Shown: one piece after another, positions 28,193 through 40,900 of the stretch
Position numbering within the stretch: the first letter of the stretch is position 1
Layout: every line of letters starts with the position of its first letter
NCBI GenBank assembly: GCA_021613535.1
Contig: CP075493.1
Location: forward strand, 2,728,001-2,792,000
Direction: 5' to 3'
Length of the DNA stretch: 64,000 bases
Source: Adineta vaga
Lineage: Eukaryota; Animalia; Rotifera
The notes under the pieces: generated by a model
Told to the model about the DNA's origin: nothing
The model's input: the letters and a program-made list of their open reading frames with translations, nothing else
The model's database searches: none
Program-made: the position numbers and the translations under genes

Positions 28193-29608
28193 TAGGGATG
28201 CAACGGTAACAATAACCGCCGGTTTGGGTGAAATTATTTATCAAAAACCGATGAATAGGAAAGAGCAGTTCGACAAAAACCGTGATATGTAAAAAAGCAG
28301 TTTAACGAAAACCGGTCTACGAGAAAAATACCGGTGAAGTTAACCGGTGTGACGAAATAATTGATGTAACGATAACCGGCACCGGACGAATAAACGGTGA
28401 ATCGATAGCCGTCATGAATCGGTAACCGTATTTCTTATTATAGATATTCAATATAATGTACTATGATATGGTAATATTTACAAATGTTCTGCATTTTTTG
28501 GGAGTACATAGTAGTATAAACTACTATCGAAATAAAAAAAAGGCAGGTGGAAGAAAGTTGTATAAATTTTGATTGAAAAGTTATTATTAGGTGCTTTTCT
28601 AAAGCTTAAGATCGAAGGAAAATGCATAAGACAAGATCAAAGATTTATTTTTCGTAAATATTTCTCACAATATACTTGAAACTTCGGATAAAAATAAAGA
28701 AATTTTTTAAAGGAGTTCAACGAGATAACATTCATGATATTACTAGACGATTTTTTGTTGAGAATCTTAGTACAGAATACTTTGGATGGCAAAGTGATTT
28801 TCATTTTACAAAAGAAACGTTTGCTTCGTTTATTTGGAGATGTTCTAGTACCAGTCTTAGCGTTAAGCGAAACAGAAGCAGCAATAGATACGTAATTGAT
28901 AGTGAGTCAAAAGTATGTAAGTTAGCAATGCATTAGAGAAACATTTTATCATCTAAACGGTTGCTCTTAATTACTCATGAATATTATCATAAAAGTTTTC
29001 TTCTAAAACTTTGCATACATTTGTCTCTTATTAAACTTCATATGTGCATAGCTTCAAATCGAGTCCATATGTCAAGACTGATATCATCAAGCGCATATTC
29101 TAGCCATAACTTGAAATACAATGTTAAAGTAATCATTACATTACTTGTACCGATTAATAATTCATAAGAATCAATCGAAAAACAATGTCTCATCTTGACT
29201 ATAAAAGAATTCTACAAATAATATCAATAATGAATTGGTTTACGATACTATGAGGGTAACAAGAGAAACATAAGAACTTCAATAATGATTTTCTTAAATC
29301 TAGTTGTTCCTGTTACATATGCCTGATTCCTGAATTATAAACGGTTATCGATTCAAACCGGTTACCGTTAAATTCAATGCGGTTTTTGATAAATCGTTAA
29401 CCGATCTGTATCGATTATCGTTAAACTGCTTTTTCCTATATCCCGGTTTTTGTTAAATTGCTTTCTCTTCTATAACGGTTTTCGTTAAACTGCTTTTTAA
29501 TATATCCCGGTTTTTGTTAAACTCTTTTTTCTTCTACAACAGTTTTTGTTTCAAAGCGGTTAATTGTCTATGGTGAAGCGGTGGACAACCGTTACCGTTG
29601 CATCCCTA
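28193..29608. mobile_element. Non-autonomous hAT (Ac-like) DNA transposon
   Basis: 18-bp perfect TIR TAGGGATGCAACGGTAAC / GTTACCGTTGCATCCCTA; near-TSD gtaaaaat / gtaaaata; dense AACCG/AACGG subterminal repeats at both ends. Confidence 0.9.
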
Positions 29609-29819
29609 GTAAAATATGTAAAATATGATCCGAAATTAAGGTGATCGTTTGAAATTTCTATTGAAAAGGTCATTACAATCATATATAAACAATTGTTTGT
29701 TTCTCGTTACATGATAAACATAGGTCAAGTGAACTTACTAATCAAAGTCAACCACAAAGAGAAAGCTCTGTAACTTGATTCAGATTTCAGGATCTTGCCA
29801 ACCGTTAAGTATTAAACTT

Positions 29820-30735
29820 TTAAATAGTATCAGTATCAAATTGTTTGAAAAAAATTGTTTTCTTGTCATCAATACGATTTGCTAATTTGAAGCTTAATTT
29901 AGCGACCAATTTCTAGAAAAAAAACAAAATTCCATCAGAAAATCGGATATAGTAAATAAGTTACTTGTGTAAGTAAATAAGTAAGACAAATAACACCAAA
30001 ACTTATCATGAAAACTCCTCCAACAGCAGAAGATTTTTCGATTGTTTTAGACGTATTCTCATGTGATGAAGCTACGATAAATATAATAGAAAGTACTATG
30101 AAAATGAGAAAGAGCACAATAGAGGAGATAATGTTAAGCCATGCAATGTAAAATTAGAAAAACAAATGGAAATATTTTAATTTTTCATTAAAAAACAACG
30201 ATTAAATCGATAGAAGGAACCTCAAAGATTATCTCTAATGTTGAACTTTGGATAAATCAATTCAAAATTACTATGCGTAAACCTGTTGCACGATGAGTGT
30301 ATGTTACATAATAAGCAAAACCATAAAGTATATCGAAAATAGATGCATAAACAATTTGTAATGTGTAATTTGGTTCTACATCATCGATCTCTATTTTGAG
30401 CTTTGTCGTGGGTGATGATGGTGTTTCCATTGATGTTAATGGTACAGTTGTTAATTGTTGTTCACTGTTTGTCGTTATTGGTTTTGTTGCATAGTGCATG
30501 TCGTCAACGAGATTATAGCCAGTCCCTAAAAGATTCAATGAAATGATTAAATGGATGAGAAAATGGACTTAATTCACTAGACAAATTCCAAAGATAATGA
30601 GAAGTTTCTTTCGAATTCATTGAACATCACGATCAGCACTTAATGAAACTTGTGCAGTATTTGCCATCACCACTTGTACAACTGGTTTTTCTTGATGCAT
30701 CATATTTCGTGAATAATTTGTGTACTTATTATAGA
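29820..30735 (-). pseudogene. Multi-pass membrane protein gene or fragment with a premature stop
   Basis: Exon-like blocks ..SADRDVQ*IRKKLLIIFGICL / ..YASIFDILYGFAYY / AWLNIISSIVLFLIFIV..FGVICLTYLLTQ / KLVAKLSFKLANRID.. separated by short introns. Confidence 0.55.
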
Positions 30736-30873
30736 TCTTCAAATAAACAAGAAGAAAAGAAAAGGAAAACAAAATGATGAGGATAAAAGCTAGAGATGAA
30801 GTGATATTCCATAAAAAAGAAAATTTTTTTCCTTATTGAAATAAAAGAATAATCATTTGATTTTATCTACTAG

Positions 30874-31189
30874 TAGTAAACGAACAACAGCAACATCAAC
30901 GATAGTTCAGGCGGAAAAAACACGTCGAGTTGCAGCTAATGCACGTGAACGTCGACGAATGAATGGTCTTAATAGTGCATTTGATCATCTTCGAACTGTT
31001 TTACCATCATCAATGTTTCAACAACAACGACGTTTTTCCAAATATGAAACATTACAAATGGCTCAAAGTTATATAGCTGCACTTCAATCCATTTTACAAT
31101 TAAATTCATCAACAAATACTGATCAAAGTTTAACTAATATGAGTAATACTACCGATGAAGATGTAGACACTCCTATGCAGGATTATTAA
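30874..31189 (+). pseudogene. 5'-truncated Atonal bHLH copy (reading frame intact, native ATG missing)
   Basis: Protein identical to the intact copy from SKRTT onward. An in-frame TAA at 30842 lies upstream, and there is no in-frame ATG before RRRM. Confidence 0.75.
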
Positions 31190-34100
31190 TTCGATATTTA
31201 TCTTGTAATCATAATTATTGTATTTTATCAAAAAAAAAAACAAAAATAAAGCAAAAGTGATAAAGCACGAAACCTGAACTATAGAAGTATAAAGAAAGGC
31301 ACAACTTGTTTAGTTTTAATAGAAGAGAGAGAAAAGAGAAGGCGAAAATTAAAGCAAAGAAAAACACGAATAGATATTGATGATCTAATCAAAATGATTT
31401 GTACGATGTGATTGCATAATTTTTTGGGAAATGTAATTCATATTGTTTGACTCTTTCAAATGATGTTCCATATTTGAACGAGCTTTTTGCAAATTATTTA
31501 ATGTTGGCCGGACTAAAATAGAAAAGACAACAATTATTCTTTTGAAAATGAGAATCTTTCTCAGACGATACGATTATCCGCATCTATAATTTTTTCATTG
31601 CTCTAATTTTACGAAATAAGTTAATCTTATCTCAATTAAAACATAATTATAGATTAGAAATTCATCTTCGATAAAAATAGATATAGTAAGCATTGTTACT
31701 AAGAATATCTATCTAATCGTTATACGCTTCCAATAGACTTTATTAGTCACTTATAATTGTCCTCAAATTTACAGACTCTTTCATCCTAGTCAAGAAAAGA
31801 TCTTGTATGGTAAAAGTCTCAGTTTGAGACTTTCTAGAACTTCAAATGTCATATTTAGTTTAAAGAACACACCAATATTAGCATTATAAAACACCCCACA
31901 CACAGAGAACACAACAAAAAGATTATTTCAAGCAAACAAAACAAAAGTCATTCATGCTATTTATCTAGATACATGCATTAAATAATCATTGATCTATTAG
32001 TGAATTTCATTTGAAAAAGTGCAAGGGAAAGGAAAGAGATATAGTTTTTGATCGATATATACGTGTATGTGTGTGTGTGTTCGTTTCTTTTTTTTGTGGA
32101 TTGAATGAAGTGTCACAACAAGAAGGAAAACTTACGTAACAAAGCCAAATAATCGTCTGTATTAGTTTTTTTGTAATTTGCTTTCTGTAAAAAGTTTAGA
32201 TGAAATAAGGATATCGATACGGATTGTATTATTGTTTTTTTTCTCAGATATACATTTCGAAAGAAATTGGAAATAAGAAAAAAAAAAGAAGAAATACTTA
32301 CAGTTAATTGAGCTAAGACTTGTTCTAAATGAATCGTTTGATCTTTATATTTTTGTTTTAAACGTTGAAAATCTTGTGAACATTTAGAAAGAGATAGACG
32401 AAGTTCTTGATTCTAAATTCGATTACAAATCGAGATGAAGGTCATAGTAAAAACAAAAAACAAGACGTTTTACTTCATTATGAATACGTTCATCTGAATT
32501 TATCTTTGATGGTAAATGAGTTGTACGATATGTTTCAATTATTTGATAGATTCGTTCAAGAAGTGTTAAACATTGTTTAAGCGAATGCAAACGATGTTCA
32601 AGCCATTCAATAGATGGTTCAATTGTTGATGTAATCTTAATAGACATACATTGAAATATGACAGATAAGAAATGTAACATACAGATTTTGATCGAAGTTT
32701 TTCTTGAATTTTGTTTTCAATTGCGTTTAATTGTTTTTGAATATCAATAATTAATCGTCGAAGATTTTCATGATTTTCTACTTCACCAATTGCATATAAT
32801 TTCTCACGATCTTGAATCAACAAAATTTATTCATCTTTTTTTTTCGCTCCCATCAATCAGCAATTCTAACTTACTTATTTGTTCATTTTCTAAATAAATC
32901 AATTAAAAAAATTCAATAACAAACACAAAAGAGATTCTTTTCGACATACCAAATTCAATTGTTGATGATCCTAAAGGTCTCGAGCGTTTCTCTTCTGACA
33001 TACTGGTAATAATGTAATTCTCTGAACTATTAACGGATGCTGATGCATCGATTAAACGAAGATCAGGATATGAAACACCACGACCAGAGAATGTGAATTC
33101 TCGTGGTGCTCGTGATAAACGAATATTTTCATCTAACTTAATTTGTAATTCATTTTGTCGATTTACACTTCGTTCAAGATCTTGACGAAGATGACGCATT
33201 TCTTCTAACAATCCCGACATTTCAGATGTTCCAACAGTCATTTCACTTTTACCATGATCTAAACAGATTTTCATAGACAATGAAGAGATAACAAAACTAT
33301 TTACCACGAGAAGACATTTGTTTTTCTAATAAACTTATTTGTTTATCATAGTGTGCAATTAATTCTTTTTTATTTGTTAATTCATTTTGTAATAATTTAA
33401 TTTCATGATGTAGTCTACAAGAAGAAAACCCATTTTGTTTAAAATATTGATTTCTACAAGACATATACCTTTGATTTTGATCTTGAGCTTGTTCAAGTAG
33501 ACGTTGAGTAGCTTTTAATTGATCATTTTGTTTACCATTTTGATTATCAGTTAACTCAAGACGAATTCGTTCATATTTTTGTTGATATTGATTCAATTCA
33601 TTTTCATGAGTTTTTTTTATACTAAATTTTACGAAGAATAATTTGAAAACAAATGCATCATTTTCTTACTCATTCAATTGTATTCTAAGTTGTCGAATTT
33701 GTTCATCTTTATCATCGATTTGTCGTTGAATCAATGTATAACGTGCACTAAGAAAATGAATACGTTGAATGATTTCATTTGTGAAATGAGTAATTTACTT
33801 GTCGACAGTATTATCAGGTATTGTATCTTTTTTGTGTTGTGATGTTTCTAAATAGAAAAAAGAAATGAAGATTGTTCAAAAATGATTTAAAAAATATGAA
33901 AGTGAAAATTAAGATATAAAAGTGAAGATGACAAACATGAAATAGTGTTTTGTTTTCTTATTGACTTGTCTCAGCGAAAGTATAGAGTAGCAAGAGCAAT
34001 AGATGATATCAGTGAATTATATAGGAGAGAAGAAAAAGGATTGAACAATCACAAAATGTGCTTTTGTTTTTTTTCTTCTTCTTCTAAATCAATGTGTAGA

Positions 34101-34949
34101 AGTGCAATACATTTCTCCTTCTCTGTCTTATCTAGAATAATTGATTAGAGAGATATATTTATATTTGAAAATAAGAATCGAATAAAAATAGATACTTGTT
34201 TGATTATCATTTATAGGTAATATATCAATATCTAAATTAATTATTAAATCATCGAATTCAGTGCATTTTCGTTCAGATAAATGAGAAGTTTGTCGCTAGA
34301 ATAAAAAGTAATATGTTAAATTCAAAGATACTTTAACTTAGTCGATAAATTATGAAAACTAACTTTGGATGATTGTTCAATATAATTTTGTTGATCTTTG
34401 ATTATTTTTTCATATTGTTCTAATGTTACTCGATTGTATTCGAGAGTTTTATAGAGTTTATTAAATTCAATTTTCAATGTATTTGTTTCGATATTATAAT
34501 TATCGATTATAAGATATAATTTCTTAAAAGAGAATAAATGAATGAGTTGGATGAAAATCAATATTCTTTTTAGATATATTTACCTTGTTTTCTTCAGTTA
34601 GTTTTTCTACTGTTGATGATTGAAGTATATCTGGTGTATTGACATGAAAACGTACTTGAAGTTGTTGAATATATTGATTTTGATTTCGAATTATTTCTCG
34701 AAGTTCTTCTAAATTGTCCGTATAATCAGAACGAATATTATCTTCATTTGATTGAATAATAATCGTAGAATTTCGTATCAATTCTTCTTCATTATATTGA
34801 CGTTGTCGTAGAGAAGAAGAATTATTTAAACCTAAACAATATGTTCAAACAATTCTTAGTTCAAAAAAGAAAAACAAATATTTATTTTCGATTTCATAAT
34901 AAGCGATTCCATCTTCTACTTTTCTTTTTTCTACAAGCAATCCCTACTA
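30874..34949. repeat. Copy B of the ~4.1 kb direct duplication
   Basis: Matches 15783-19415 plus 23782-24234; carries the empty HINE site at ~34496. Confidence 0.97.
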
Positions 34950-37900
34950 ATATTTATTTTCATTTTAGATGAAGATTTCACAAGAGAAACAATCTTCTTA
35001 GAACTAACCTGTATTTCATAATACGTTGTTCTTGCCGATGTTGATGATAATTCATTAATCAATATTGACAACCATATAGACAGAGAAGGAGGGAATGTGC
35101 AGTCGAAGAGATCAATCGGAAACGCAAGAGAAGTACACACATGCATAAGCAAAGATGAGACAAGCGAAGGAATAAGCTTTGTATGTATTAGAAAAAAACA
35201 AGAATTAATCGACAAACACCTGATGATGTTTTCGAACTCAGATTGGGTACAGATACATAAATCTTATTGGTACCAATTTGTTTCGATTTTAATACTTCAA
35301 TTTCATTTTGATAATTAACTAATTCATCAGCTAATTCGGCTCGAGTATTTGAACCGTAGATATCACTTAATGCATCAAGTTTTCTCCATAGAACTTGATT
35401 TACATACTTTTGACGTGCTAATTCTTTCCGTATGACAGTTATTTGGTTGTGTAGTTCGGTTATGTTAGGAGATTTTTCTGTTAATTATATACCCACGTTA
35501 GAGAGAAAATAAGTTCAGTTTAATAGATTTTTTTTCAAGCGTAAGGAGCAGAAATGATTGCTCATGTTTCTACGTTTTGAAAAAAAAATACAGACAAAAT
35601 ACGTACGTGCTAATTGTTGAGTTAATTCATCATTTAATTGTAAAGTCATTTCAAGTTCATATAAAAGTTCGTCACGATTTAACTTAGACAGATTTTGTGA
35701 ATTAGGACGAGCTAAAAAAACAAGATGAAATTCAAGACTCGATTTGTTAGATAAACTAAACTTACGTTGAATTGTTATACGTCGAGCGTATTCATAACCC
35801 GACGATGAAGTCTATAGATTAAACAAAAATTATATTAGATCGAATGGATTGAAATAAACATACTTGTCCAACAGGAGATTTACTTTTACGTGCTTGTTCT
35901 AGTTTGCGTTTTAATTCTTCAATAACCTATATGAATAACAATCAATCAGAATATGGTGGGATATTATTGTTTAATTTCTACATCATCTCTCTGTTGAATT
36001 TCAGTTTTCCATGATTGATCTGTAGAAACTAATGCTCCTAGAACACCATTTTTCGGACCCTGATCTTTTTCGGCAAGTTTGTTACGTAATGAATTTATAG
36101 TTTGATCACGAGTTTCTAAATCTGCTTTATATTGTTTATCCATTTGCTATAGAACAAATAAAATATCATCATAAATTAATCTAAAAAAAGGATCTTACTT
36201 CATGACGAAGTTGCATTCTATTATAATCACTTTGAAGTGTATCGTAAATATGTCGAGTTTCTTTTAATTCACTATCACAATCAGCAATCGTTCGTTGAAG
36301 ACCCTGAAAACATTTTTTTATAAAACACCATACGTTATTTAAAGGAAAAAAAAAGAAAAAGAGGAAGAATAAAAGTAAAAATTGATGTATGTTGCTGATG
36401 GAAACTAGATAATGGTTATGTTCTTTGCCTTTCAATTGATGAAATAGTTCACATTTTCTCTTTCCTGTTTCTCAAAAAAACTTTTATTCACAAACAAACG
36501 TGAAAAACTTTATATCATTGTCTCAGAATACAGATTTTTTTTTATAAACGCATTGATTTCGATTAAAATTTCTATGTACTTTGGGTAATTTATATGTCAT
36601 AGTTTACCTTTAGTGAATCTTCACGTTGTCGAAGTTGAGCTGTAAGATCTTCGATAACAGTTTGTAAATGAAGAATTTGTTCTGATGATATATTAGGCTT
36701 CTAATTAAGATATTGAAGCGAAAGTTTAGAGATAAATTGAAAATATTCTACTTACAGAAGTTGCTTCGAGTTGTTTTTCTAATAGTTTAATACGTTCTAA
36801 ATAACCCTAGTTTAGAAAAATTTATATATTTCGAATAATTTTATCGTTTTTTATTTTGACAAACTTCGTTTTGTTCAATTGCTACATTCAAATTAATATT
36901 TAAATTCTCAATCTTTTGTCGATAATCTTTTAATTCACGTTGTTGAACCTGAAAAGAAAAACGATAATGAGAGGAAGATATTCAAAAAGCATGAATTGGT
37001 TTTTTTCTTCTTTTACATCAAGATCACGTTCGATTTTATGTAATTTGTTATTTTTATCAGTAATTTCACGTTCTTGATCACGAATAACACCTTGTAATTC
37101 ACTTATATGACGTTCAAATCCACTAACATCATATTTTTTATCATTCGTAATTTGTTCAATTCGTCGATCACGTTTTTGAAGTTCTTCTTGTAAGATTTCA
37201 AGTCTATTGGTATTGTTATTATCCGTCTATTTCAAAATTTTGTTATAAGCTTTAAAAAAATCAAAATCAAATTGTTACTTCTTGAATTCGATCACGAAGT
37301 TTGTCTATTTGTTGATCTTTTTCTCGAAGAGTTTGAGAAAACGTTTCAATTGAATGTTCTTGTCGATGAATTTCTTCTTCTAATTGTTCAATTCGAATCT
37401 ATAGGATAGAAATATTGAAAAAATTGAATTCCATTTCTTTTTCATCAATTTACATCAAGTTCTAATCGAAGATCTTTTGGTTCAGAGGATGAAAGATCAT
37501 GTTGAAGTTTCTAAATATAAATCTTATTGATATAATCTTCTTCTTCTTCGAATTTTCAATTACTTTGATTAGATTTTCTTGTTCACGAAGTTGATTTTCA
37601 AGTTCAGCAATCTAAATATTGATTAAACAAGTATGTTTATTAGAACATTACTAATAAATGTTTTGACTCATTTTTCTGATGTAAAATCCTTCGATATAAA
37701 AGCATTCTCTAAGATTAAAACTAACGTTTTCTGTTCATCTGCTAATGTTTTTAGAAAAAAACGCTTTTTTCTTCTCTCGTTTCAAAATATTGAAACAGAA
37801 CAACATCAAACATATTCTTCTTTTTGATCCGTCAAGATACTTACCAATTCTTCTTTGTCTTCAATTGCGACGAGAACTTCTCTTCGAATACGTTCTTCAT

Positions 37901-40900
37901 ACTTTGTAGAAATTTCCTATGAAAAAAATAATCAATATTATTTATAATACTAGATGTTTATATACCTTTTCAACATCATCCACATGTATCTGTTGTTCAT
38001 GTCGATATTGATCAAATTCACGTTGAAGACGATCTCTATGTTCTAAAAGTTTTCCATTTTCTTGACGAAGATCATGAAGTATTTTTTCATTCTAATAAAA
38101 ACAAAACGAGTTTTGATATAGAATTCGAATCGATATATAAATATATATATACTTGATTGAATTGAATTTCAAATGAGCGATATTTTGTTTCTAAATCCTA
38201 GAAAATCAATTTCAAGAAGATTATTAATCATTGTGATTATTTCAATCCTACTTGTAAACGATCCGTTTTCATTTGTAATTCATTCGTATATGTACGAGTT
38301 ATTTCACGTTCAATTTGTTCATTTCTTTCTTGTGATGCATTAGCAATTTGTTCGAGTCGTTTGATATCATTTTCATAATCCTATTCATGATAAAAATAGG
38401 ATCATTTTGTTAGATCAATTGAACTCACTTTAAGAGTTTGATTTGCTTGCTTTAAATTGTATTCAATTGTTTGCAATCGATCGGATAACTAAACAACGAA
38501 AGAAATTATGTAGATAAAGAGATTTTATCGAATATTTACGCGTTGTTTTTCACTATTCGATTGTTCAAGATCGTAACGAATAGCTTGTCTCTCTTTTTCG
38601 ATATTCTATTATTTAAAAAAAAGAGATTTATAGAAATGATTAAGACAAATATTTACATGAATTTCTGATTCTGTATGAGCAGTTAATTGACGATACTAAA
38701 CAAACGAATTGTTTGTGTACATTTAGTTTTAGATGAATAGAATAGAGTTTTTCTTACTTCTTCTTCATATTCAGATTCAATTTGTTCACGAATTCGTACG
38801 GATAATTCATCAAGTGTATGTTTAAGTTGCTAAACAAACAAAATATTTCCTTATTTTTTAATAAATTTCATGTTCTTACAGCATTTTCTTGATCGAACGT
38901 TTTATTTTCTAATTCAATTTTGTCGATTTTATATTGAGTATTATTCATATCTGTTTTAATTATTTCATATTTTCGTTTCATCTCCTGAAAGAAATTCAAT
39001 TATAATCGAATAGAATATTGTCAATTCAATTTTTATTTACATGCATTTCACGAGTTAGATTTTCATTTTCTCGTAAAATCTCTTGAAGATCACGTTGTAA
39101 TTTCACGTTTTCTTGTCGAGTTCGTCGATCACTATCTTCATTATCTTGAAAACGATGTTCATAAACTGAAACTTGAGATTTGAACTGTAACAAACAACGA
39201 AAGATTTGGTCATTAAATGATAATTTGTTCGAATTAATTTACCTGTTCATTTCTTTGAGTTAAATCAAATAATTTGTTTTCAGTTGTACGTAAATTGTCT
39301 TTCAAAGTCTGTAGGAAAGAGAAAAATAAAACGAAAGACTTGTTAAAAAGAATTGTTTTCGTACTTGATTTTCTCGTCGTAAGTTTTGTAATTCATCACT
39401 TGAATGACCTTTGATCTAGAAGAAGAAGAAATTCGAAGTTGTTAGAATGAAATTTTGTATTAATTTACTCGATCGAATTCAGCTTGTAGTTCAGAAAAAC
39501 GTCGATTGGTTGTATTGAAAGTATTTTGAATTTCAAATGATTTCTCTTTTTCAAACTAAAAAATAAAATTGATTTTAATTATAAATTTTGAATAAATCAA
39601 TGAATATTTACATCTCTTTCACGTTCGAGTTGATGTCGTTCCTGAATTAGAATGAATAAAAAATAAAAATGAAGTCGAAAAAAAACATAAATGAATGTTT
39701 ACATTAAGAAAATTATTTTCCATTTCACGAATTTGTGAACTAAACGTTTCGATTTGTCGTCGTTGTTGCTGAAAATAAATGAAGATTAAGATAAAATTTG
39801 ACTATAGAAATAATTCTTTACTTGAATTTCTCGTTCCATTTGTTCGGATTGATTGTCCGTTGAGAAAGTCTAAACATATTTCAAATGACAAACAACTCAT
39901 TGTTATAAAGATTCGACTGACCGTTTTTTCATGTGTTCGTTGTAAATCTTCGTATCGTCTTCTTTCGTTTTCTAACTGTCGTTGTAGATCAATACGTAAT
40001 TGTTCAGCTGCCTAGATGAACACAACATTTCGATTTTTATATACATTTTAAATAGATACATACTTGAATTTGCCCTTGTAAATTTTGTTTTTCCTGAATA
40101 TGAGCATAAATAAACTACTTATTCAATCAAGGTCATGAAACAAACTTGATTATGAATATTATTGAATTTTTCGTAATCTTTTTGTGTTTGTGTTCGAATT
40201 TCATTTATTACACGATTACGATCTTTAAGCTATATTTAAACAAATATATACATTAGATTTAAATCGAAATACTAAATCATATACTTCATCTTGTAAATTT
40301 TTAATCTCACGTTGCAATGTTTCGATTTGTATTGAATATTGTTGAAGATCTTGACTTTCATATCCGCGATCACGTTTTTCCAATTGCTAAAAAATCATCA
40401 GAAATGTCGGGGGAAGTGTTTGTAATCAATGAAAAATGAAGTAGAATTTCAATATTCGGTCTTACGTGAATACGAGTATTTTTTTCTTCAAGTTCACTTT
40501 GTAATCGATTGATTTTATATTGCCACTAAATATTCGGAAGAAGAAAAAACCCGGTATTCATCAAATTTTTAATATCTTCAATCGATTTACTTCGTCACGA
40601 TCTCGTAAAATTTGTGCAACACGATTCGTTAAACCAGATACATTTTCTGCATCACTTCGAAGTTGTAATGTGATTTGTACAACTGCAGTTTGAAGAGCCT
40701 ATTTCAAATGAAGAATGACAATACAAAAGATATTCGTAGACAAACTCTTACATCAAGTTGTTGTGCATTTTCAATGTTTTCGGTGACCTAAAAAATCGAA
40801 TAGATGAAGAGAGAAAAGATTTTCGACAAACCTTAGATGTTGATGTCGATGGAGGAGGTAGAGGAGGTAACTATTTAATAAAAAAATATATATTTTGGAG

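Larger units (their letters stand above)
24235..30873. other. 6.6 kb mosaic insert between the two duplicated copies (gene fragments plus a nested hAT element)
   Basis: Unique sequence bounded exactly by the end of copy A and the start of copy B. Confidence 0.85.

Noticed and set aside
28676-29167. ORFs inside the hAT element as a transposase
   Set aside because: Short, start at TTG, and show no convincing BED, DDE or dimerisation motifs.
24231-30877. AGTAGT/ACTACT as Polinton/Maverick termini
   Set aside because: No long TIRs, no 6-bp TSD and no polB/integrase ORFs.
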